A stretch of 64,000 nt of DNA from Puniceicoccales bacterium (lineage in GTDB: Bacteria; Verrucomicrobiota; Verrucomicrobiia; Opitutales; UBA953), in NCBI GenBank assembly GCA_031269335.1, contig JAISZI010000095.1, positions 6,930-70,929 on the forward strand. Reading direction: 5' to 3'. Below the pieces are notes generated by a model that saw nothing but the letters and a program-made list of their open reading frames with translations, did not search any database and had not been told where the DNA came from. The translations under genes were made by a program, and so were the position numbers. This document shows, one piece after another, positions 58,004-64,000 of this stretch (the first letter of the stretch is position 1; each line of letters starts with the position of its first letter).

Positions 58004-58432
58004 TTACGCAGCTGGCTCTGCGACGGCTGGGGTCACGGGAGCTTCGATGCCTTTTGTGATTTTATAGACGGACGGGGAAGAGATTCCCAGTGTGCGTGCT
58101 ATCGCGGAGGATGCAATGCCTTGGAGTTTCAGCTCCTTGACTTTGGCTTCGATCTCCGGCGTGATCTTTGCGCGTTTGCCCTTGCCTGCTTTCGCCTTGC
58201 CGCCCTTGGGTTTTGCTGCTCCCTTGGCTTTAGACGGGCTCTTGGGGGTTGTTGCCACGCTTTGCAGTGCCTTCACCAGGTCAGCGTTGCTGCGGAAGCC
58301 GAACTCTTTGTAGAGAGAAGCGAGGCGTTGTTGTGTCTCAATCTGCTTCCACTGTGTTTCAGCGCCCTTTAGCACCTGCTCGACGAGAGAGGTTTTGTAT
58401 TCTTCAAACGTGTTGTATTGTGGTGTGCTCAT
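58004..58432 (-). CDS. small DNA-binding protein: helical N-domain, Lys/Ala/Gly-rich basic linker, C-terminal helix-turn-helix
   Basis: It runs from MSTPQYNTFEEYK (codon 34 of ORF 58004..58531). The linker is SKAKGAAKPKGGKAKAGKGKRAK and the HTH is GIASSAIARTLGISSPSVYKITKG. Confidence 0.6.
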   Translation of the reverse strand: MSTPQYNTFEEYKTSLVEQVLKGAETQWKQIETQQRLASLYKEFGFRSNADLVKALQSVATTPKSPSKAKGAAKPKGGKAKAGKGKRAKITPEIEAKVKELKLQGIASSAIARTLGISSPSVYKITKGIEAPVTPAVAEPAA

Positions 58433-58757
58433 TCGTTTAGTTGTTGTCTGTTGTTGGTTGTTGTTTGTTGTTTTGTTAGTGGAATTCCTTATTCCGAGCA
58501 CTGACGGTGTGGAAAAAATCAACATGCGCAAGCGTTTTTTTTGTTTTTGTGATTTTTTTTTGCTTTCTCGGCATTACCCACGAGTGGAAAAGAGATTAAA
58601 GGGATGCGTGTGTCAGGGGAGGAAAAAGAGAGAATGCACACTGGCGGGTTTTCCATTCAAGCATCCTGTTTTAGGCGGGGAGGATGTCTTGTTGCTTACG
58701 AGGATGTGCCTGTGAGCGGAAGGGAACAATTGGCTGTGTGAGCCGTCTTATCCCTCC

Positions 58758-60104
58758 ATGAACAAGGATGTTCTCATCATTGGAGCAGGTCCTGCAGGGC
58801 TTGCTGCCGCTGTCACTCTTTTGCGAGGAGGGGTGGAGCCGATCGTGTTGGAATCCTCGTCGCGTGCGGGGGGTTCTATTGTGACGCATCGCGAAAATGG
58901 TTTCCTTGTCGAAGGTGGACCCAACTCCCTCATGCTCGAAAAAGATGGGGTGGAAGATTTCTTTCATCAATTGGGGCTTGTGCCGTTGGAGGCTTCTTCC
59001 GAGGCGAAGAAACGCTTTCTTGTGTGTGCGGGCAGACCTGTCGCTGCGCCTGCTGGTTTGTTTGGGGCGATAGGCACACCACTGCTCAGTTTGCGCGGTA
59101 AATTGCGCGTTCTTGGCGAGCCTTTTGCCAGGCGTGCGCCAGAAGGCGATGAGACGGTGGGAGCATTTGTGCGCCGGCGTCTTGGTGCGGAAGCTGCGCT
59201 ACGCCTTGTCGATCCGTTGGTTTCTGGCATTTATGCGGGCGATATCGAAAAACTCTCGTTGCGGTCTGCGTTTCCTCGGCTGCATCTCATGGAAGAGAAA
59301 TACGGTTCGCTTGTCCTCGCCGGATTGCGCAAAAGGCGTGCCGCCCCTGTTCGTCGCATGGTGAACTTTGCCGGTGGCATGGCGGAAATTCCTAACAGCA
59401 TGGTGCGCGTGCTCGGCGAAGACCGCATTCGTCTCGGTGCTGCCGTCCAATCTATTGAAAAAAACGCCGAGGGTTGGCGTGTCACCTGGCTTAATGACGG
59501 GGAAAAGCACGTTGCGCTCGCCCGCTGCGTTCTCCTGGCTTGCACGCCGCAAAATTGGGAGAAACTGCCCTTGCCCGCTTCTTTGTCGGCACTTCTTCGC
59601 CCCTGGCACCTTCTCGCTGCGCCGCCTCTCTCCGTTATTTCGCTTGGATACGCACGCGAACAAGTCGCACACCCAATTGACGGCTTTGGGATGCTCGCAC
59701 CGGGAGTCGAACGGCGTAAAATTCTCGGCACACTCTTCCAAAGTTCTTGCTTTAAGGGACGCGCCCCCGATGGACACGTCCTTCTGACTACTTTCCTCGG
59801 AGGAAGCCGCAATGCGACGCTCACGTCCGAAGACGAGGCATCTCAAATTAAAATTGTTCGCGACGAACTTAACGATCTTCTTGGAGTGCGCGGCTCGCCT
59901 GTCTTCACCCATATTACGAGGTGGAATCGTGCTATCCCTCAATACAACACCGGGCACGAATCTCTTCTCGCCCTCCTTGCTTCAGCTTCAAAGACTTATC
60001 CAAACTTGTTTTTTACCGGAAACTATTGTGCCGGTGTCGCACTCCCCAAAACCATTCTTCATGCCATCACCACTGCCAGGGACATATTGGAAAAATTGAA
60101 ATAA
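58758..60104 (+). CDS. hemY: protoporphyrinogen/coproporphyrinogen III oxidase, FAD-dependent (HemY type)
   Basis: It has the dinucleotide fold VLIIGAGPAGLAAAVTL, then LESSSRAGGSI...GFLVEGGPNS, and the C-terminal FFTGNYCAGVALPKTI. Confidence 0.85.
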   Translation: MNKDVLIIGAGPAGLAAAVTLLRGGVEPIVLESSSRAGGSIVTHRENGFLVEGGPNSLMLEKDGVEDFFHQLGLVPLEASSEAKKRFLVCAGRPVAAPAGLFGAIGTPLLSLRGKLRVLGEPFARRAPEGDETVGAFVRRRLGAEAALRLVDPLVSGIYAGDIEKLSLRSAFPRLHLMEEKYGSLVLAGLRKRRAAPVRRMVNFAGGMAEIPNSMVRVLGEDRIRLGAAVQSIEKNAEGWRVTWLNDGEKHVALARCVLLACTPQNWEKLPLPASLSALLRPWHLLAAPPLSVISLGYAREQVAHPIDGFGMLAPGVERRKILGTLFQSSCFKGRAPDGHVLLTTFLGGSRNATLTSEDEASQIKIVRDELNDLLGVRGSPVFTHITRWNRAIPQYNTGHESLLALLASASKTYPNLFFTGNYCAGVALPKTILHAITTARDILEKLK

Positions 60105-60142
60105 GGGGTGAATACGTCGGCGGCGTGCGGGGAGGGTGCCGC

Positions 60143-60186
60143 GGTGAATGGCACCCCAAAGGGGCACTCTAACATAGCCCGGAGCA
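60143..60186 (+). repeat. solitary, slightly degenerate copy of the REP-like double-hairpin element
   Basis: The sequence is accccaaaggggcactctaacatagcccggagcaacgccctggg, 39 nt after the hemY stop. Confidence 0.8.
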
Positions 60187-60332
60187 ACGCCCTGGGTCTG
60201 CTTTGGCAGTTTACCATGCTTACCTGCGTGGAATTTTCTGTCTCTCACCTCTTCTGGGAGAATCTTTGAAAAAATCGCAACTTTTCGCGTTTTTCAGTGT
60301 TTTTTCTAAACCGTCCACCCGCTCACAACATC

Positions 60333-60545
60333 ATGGGCTACCAAACAAAAGTCCAACACATCGCCCGCAAGAACAGCGAGCAGTTCTACGTCACCATTCC
60401 GACGGCACTCGCGTACGCGCTCGAAATCAAAAAAAGCGAGCGTCTCGAATGGGCGATCTCCGACAAGGGACACTTCTTCCTGACGCGCTCCGTCGTCCCG
60501 CCCGACCCCGACACGCCCCCAAAAAAACCTCCGACGCCCCTCTGA
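60333..60545 (+). CDS. small AbrB/SpoVT-like (swapped-hairpin) DNA-binding protein, tentative
   Basis: The 70-aa product has FYVTIPTALAYALEIKKSERLEWAISDKGHFFLTR, which resembles the AbrB/MazE-type motif. It has a Pro/Lys-rich tail. Confidence 0.4.
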   Translation: MGYQTKVQHIARKNSEQFYVTIPTALAYALEIKKSERLEWAISDKGHFFLTRSVVPPDPDTPPKKPPTPL

Positions 60546-61177
60546 GCGAGCATCTCGCCGCTCTCCTGAGCACCTGTGCGCCCCGCGTCGCCCGTCGCCC
60601 GCCGTCACGTGGCGTCGCGAGACCCCCTCGGGTCCCCAAGTTCCAGACCAACCTCGCGTGCGCACCCAACGCGCCCTCCAATTAGGGCTTATGGTTTTAC
60701 CGGGGCGTTGCATCGGGCTACCTTAGAGCTGCCCCTTGGGGTGAAGATCGAGCCTCCCGCCGGTTCACGGCGGGCTATGCCAGAGCAAGTGCTGTGCAAG
60801 CCGTTTACGGCGAGGGCTTTTTCGTCCGCTTCATTTTTGTGCCTTCTGTGCTTTTGGTGGTTGCTTAGAGGAGGAACCACAGAGGGCATAGAGGACACAG
60901 AAAAAGGGGGAGGTGATTGCCGCCTGCCTACCCTCTCCCCTCTTTCCTCCCCTCGTGGCTTCGTTTCTTGCAACCTCCCTGTTTTGCTGGTGTCATTCCT
61001 CACGTCGGCTTGCTCCCCTCATGAACTCACACCTTCCATCTTCGCAGTCAGAATCCACCGGTTTGCCGTGGGTAGGGGCGTCGTCGTCTGCCACGCCGCC
61101 CCCCCCTCCAAACAAACGCCACTCTTTTCAAACCTAATTTCCCGACGGGAAAAAACATCAAACAAACACAATAGAAC

Positions 61178-61807
61178 ATGAAAACACAACAACTCATCTT
61201 TTCAGGAGTGGTCTTGCTTTTTGCGGCATTGCCAAAGTCTGTCTGCTCGGCAGAGCAAGCAACGGCACCTTTGAACGAAACAAAAAGTGCGAGCGAGTCA
61301 CGGGGGAAAAAAACTACGGGGGAAGATTTTAAGCGCGACATGCTTCTTCTTACCGAAGAAAAAAAGGTCGAAAAAGCGCTCTTATTTCGGCGTGCGGCAG
61401 ATTTGGGAGATGCCGAAGCACAATTTAAGACAGGCATGTGTTATCTCGAGGGCATCGGTGTTGCCCAAGACAAAACAGAGGCATTTCGATGGCTTCTCAA
61501 AGCTGCACAACAGAAAGACGACGTTGCGCAAAATGCGGTTGGCGTGTGTTACTTGAAAGGAATTGGAGTTGCACAAGACAACACGGAAGCGGTGCGGTGG
61601 CTTCACAAGGCTGCCGAACAAAACAACGCGGATACGCAATTGTTGCTCGGAATAATTTATGCAAAAGGAGAAATAGTTCCAAAGGATGCCGACAAAGCAA
61701 TACGGTGGGTGCAAGCGTTTTTAGACAATCCTAAGGCAGACGCTGAAAAAAAGAAAACATTTTCAGCTTTTCTGAAAAGTTACAAAGAGCATGAGGGCAA
61801 ACAATGA
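61178..61807 (+). CDS. secreted Sel1-like repeat (SLR) protein
   Basis: It has a signal peptide and three clear SLR units (GDAEAQFKTGMCYLEGIGVAQDKTEAFRWLLKAA; DVAQNAVGVCYLKGIGVAQDNTEAVRWLHKAA; ADTQLLLGIIYAKGEIVPKDADKAIRW). Confidence 0.9.
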   Translation: MKTQQLIFSGVVLLFAALPKSVCSAEQATAPLNETKSASESRGKKTTGEDFKRDMLLLTEEKKVEKALLFRRAADLGDAEAQFKTGMCYLEGIGVAQDKTEAFRWLLKAAQQKDDVAQNAVGVCYLKGIGVAQDNTEAVRWLHKAAEQNNADTQLLLGIIYAKGEIVPKDADKAIRWVQAFLDNPKADAEKKKTFSAFLKSYKEHEGKQ

Positions 61808-61928
61808 ACTTTTTACAAGAAACCTCCATAAAAACAGAAACACAGTAAAATAAAATTTGATCAGTTTAGCACAGCTTCGATAAGCATCCTTTCCTTTTCC
61901 GATACAACACCTTTTACACTAACTTACC

Positions 61929-63416
61929 ATGAAAAACACAACTCACACAAATCGTATTCGGACGATAACACGCCGGATCAATACTAACATCTTCGTGACC
62001 GCGGTAGCGACTGCGCTCATGGCGATTGTTACCGCGCAGCCGCCGCTGTTCGCGCAAGAAGAAGCAACGTTTTTTGGCAGGCGGATCGGCGGCGACAATA
62101 GCGGGACGCGAACCAGTTCATCCCGTGAAAACCACGTTTTTTACAACACGGTTTGGAGCTTTTTTTGCCATAGTAAATACGAAGAAACGGGGCGATTGGA
62201 ATTTAGAGCCGACGGCAACTGTTCTTTGAAAGGAGTGGACGGCGAATGGATTCATGAATGGCATGTTGTTAATTCACGGACAGTGAAAATCGGAGACGAA
62301 GAGGGAGAAAGATTCACCCTTTCTGACGACGGGAAAACGGGTGTTCATTCTTGGCACGGAGGCAAATTCCGCGTATTTCATCGGGGAACAAGATTACCTC
62401 CGTCCGCGCCCCATGTTGTCAAGACTATCGCAAAGCCGGGAGTGGTTTGGAAAAATCTTGAAGAAGATTCTCAATACGAATTTACTGCTGACGGGAATTG
62501 GACAAGAGTCGAGCGAGGAAATAAAGAGCACGGAATTTGGGTTCAAACTGTCGGCAACACTATACAAATAGTCAGTGGAACGCAGTTTTATTTTGAAGTG
62601 CCGATCGACGGTAAATTTATCATACGGCACGATCAAAAAAAATGGCATGGCAACGACCGCACTTCCAGCGGTTCTATTTCGCCCATGGAGCCAAAGAAAA
62701 GCGAGCCAGCAGGAAAAACCACTGCGACACAGGCGATAGCTACGGAATTATCTGCGTTAAATAAATACCGCGACGAAGCACTTTCCAGCGCATTGACACA
62801 GCTCTCCAAATCGGATGAACGCCAACTCGAATACTTGAAGCGCCGTGCCATTTCAGGGCAGGTAAGGTTGGCGTTTTTTAAGGAAATTCAGACCGCGATT
62901 GAAGCTGTTAAGCAAAATAAATCCTTTGACGCCTTTCCGCTAAAATTTCGGAACAAACCTTCCTCTGTGGAACAAGAATTTTGCAAACTAAAAGAGAAAC
63001 GGGATAATGGCATCTTTACGATTTACAAAGTCGTCGAGGCGCGTTGTAAACGTGCGTATGAAAATCTACGAAAACGTGCTCTCCTGAACAATGATATTCC
63101 TTTGGCGCAAAAAATCCAAGAGGAAATGGATTCTCTTTTTCCTGCGGAAGTATATGTTATCACCAATTTGTGGAAAGCGGCATGGCGGGAGAAGGATGAG
63201 GTTATTGAATTTAAGAGGAATGGCGAAATTTTTAGTTATAAAGAAAAAACGGGATGGAAACGCTGGGACGATCGTTGGGAATTTAGAAGAGAAAACGGTA
63301 AAGTTGGAATTCGCTGGACGGTGAACGGAATAAATCACCATTGGCTCTCCACCGACAAAAATACGATGGTAAATCCTGTGGACGGCGGACTGCTTCTCCG
63401 GGTCAAACGCAACTAA
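61929..63416 (+). CDS. hypothetical exported protein
   Basis: The 495-aa ORF has an N-terminal hydrophobic segment IFVTAVATALMAIVTAQPPLFAQ. I recognise no family motif. Confidence 0.6.
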   Translation: MKNTTHTNRIRTITRRINTNIFVTAVATALMAIVTAQPPLFAQEEATFFGRRIGGDNSGTRTSSSRENHVFYNTVWSFFCHSKYEETGRLEFRADGNCSLKGVDGEWIHEWHVVNSRTVKIGDEEGERFTLSDDGKTGVHSWHGGKFRVFHRGTRLPPSAPHVVKTIAKPGVVWKNLEEDSQYEFTADGNWTRVERGNKEHGIWVQTVGNTIQIVSGTQFYFEVPIDGKFIIRHDQKKWHGNDRTSSGSISPMEPKKSEPAGKTTATQAIATELSALNKYRDEALSSALTQLSKSDERQLEYLKRRAISGQVRLAFFKEIQTAIEAVKQNKSFDAFPLKFRNKPSSVEQEFCKLKEKRDNGIFTIYKVVEARCKRAYENLRKRALLNNDIPLAQKIQEEMDSLFPAEVYVITNLWKAAWREKDEVIEFKRNGEIFSYKEKTGWKRWDDRWEFRRENGKVGIRWTVNGINHHWLSTDKNTMVNPVDGGLLLRVKRN

Positions 63417-63708
63417 GCGACACCGAACAGCGCAGTGGACGCAGTGGCGGGTCGCCGCGTCGGCCGATACGCCGGTGGTCGTGGTCGGCAAAATCGTTGC
63501 AGTCGCTTGTCCGCTGCGACTCTGTTGCGCTTGTGTCGCGCCCCTTCGGGGCGCGGGGAGAGGGGGAGTCGCTGTCCGGCAGTTCCGCTACGCTCCACTG
63601 CCGGTTATTCACGTTGTCCCCCTTCGGGGGAGCGCAAATGAAACGAGCGCGGATTACATTATCCCCCTTCCGGAGGCTGCGGTGGTGCCCTGCCCTGCTG
63701 GGGTGTTT

Positions 63709-64000
63709 TTACTTTTTATCTTTTTTGGCGTAGTGCACGGCGACGATACCTATGGAAAGAGAGAGGATTTTCACTTGTATAAATCCTGCGGTGCGCAATT
63801 CGTCGGCGAAGTTTTTTTTATTGGGGAAAATGGCGATGGATTTCGCGAGATAATCATAATCTTCTTTATTTCCGGTTGCCAGGCGTGCGATCAACGGAAG
63901 TAAGATGCGTAAATATAAATAATACACTGGGCGAAACCACACTTGAGGTTGGGAGAATTCTAAAATAAAAACGGAACCATCAGGACGTAACACACGGTAG
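63709..64000 (-). CDS. ubiE: demethylmenaquinone/ubiquinone methyltransferase (UbiE/MenG), C-terminal part; the gene continues past the window edge
   Basis: The frame stays open to the window end (YRVLRPDGSVFILEFSQP...YYLY...LP...YDYLAKSI..FP......AGF......LS.GIVAVHYAKK), which is the typical UbiE C-terminal half. Confidence 0.8.
   Translation of the reverse strand, partial: YRVLRPDGSVFILEFSQPQVWFRPVYYLYLRILLPLIARLATGNKEDYDYLAKSIAIFPNKKNFADELRTAGFIQVKILSLSIGIVAVHYAKKDKK

Noticed and set aside
60690-60830. I tried to match the structured segment gggcttatggttttaccggggcg...gccgtttacggcgagggcttttt to known RNAs (tmRNA, RNase P RNA, SRP RNA, 6S RNA, cobalamin riboswitch).
   Set aside because: None of the diagnostic boxes is present: GGAAAGUCC for RNase P, GGAAGCAGCC for SRP, the tRNA-like GGTTCGA...CCA end for tmRNA, or the B12 box. 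It cannot be named from sequence alone.
60576-61181. A 201-aa ORF filling the gap before the Sel1 gene.
   Set aside because: Its composition is Arg/Pro/Ser-rich with no motifs, and competing ORFs cover both strands. I treated the region as non-coding (see finding).

Overview
The window looks like a chromosomal segment from a PVC-superphylum bacterium, probably Verrucomicrobiota. Three things point that way: a prepilin-type N-terminal methylation protein, two giant autotransporters rich in 'autotransporter-associated beta-strand repeats', and Shine-Dalgarno-poor C/A-rich leaders. This is an inference; no search was run.

About two thirds is ordinary housekeeping: glyA, shc, efp, thiC, scpB, a PPi-type phosphofructokinase, nadE, purB, hemY, partial ubiE, an MIP channel, an MscS channel, tRNA-Thr(CGU) and tRNA-Met(CAU).

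The accessory or unusual content is:
1. A co-directional block (37.1-56.5 kb) with a small secreted protein, a PEGA-like protein, two tandem paralogous autotransporters (2921 and 2281 aa, about 25% of the window), and an unusual P-loop GTPase-DUF805 membrane fusion.
2. A Gly/Trp/Tyr-repeat gene split into two ORFs exactly at a G7 tract, with a second in-frame G9 tract.
3. Two tandem paralogs, each built from two Skp/OmpH-like modules.
4. An IS630-like remnant reduced to a MITE (33-bp terminal inverted repeats around a 50-codon transposase stub).
5. An approximately 640-bp head-to-head array of a double-hairpin REP-like element, with dispersed copies elsewhere in the window.
6. A radical SAM/SPASM gene next to two GT8 glycosyltransferase modules that appear joined or split by a frameshift.
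7. A membrane protein with a (QQYAA)x7 repeat.

I saw no CRISPR array, rRNA, integrase or recognisable prophage. Function calls rest on motifs I read in the translations. Coordinates read directly from the sequence (tRNAs, repeats, hairpins) may be off by 1-2 nt.
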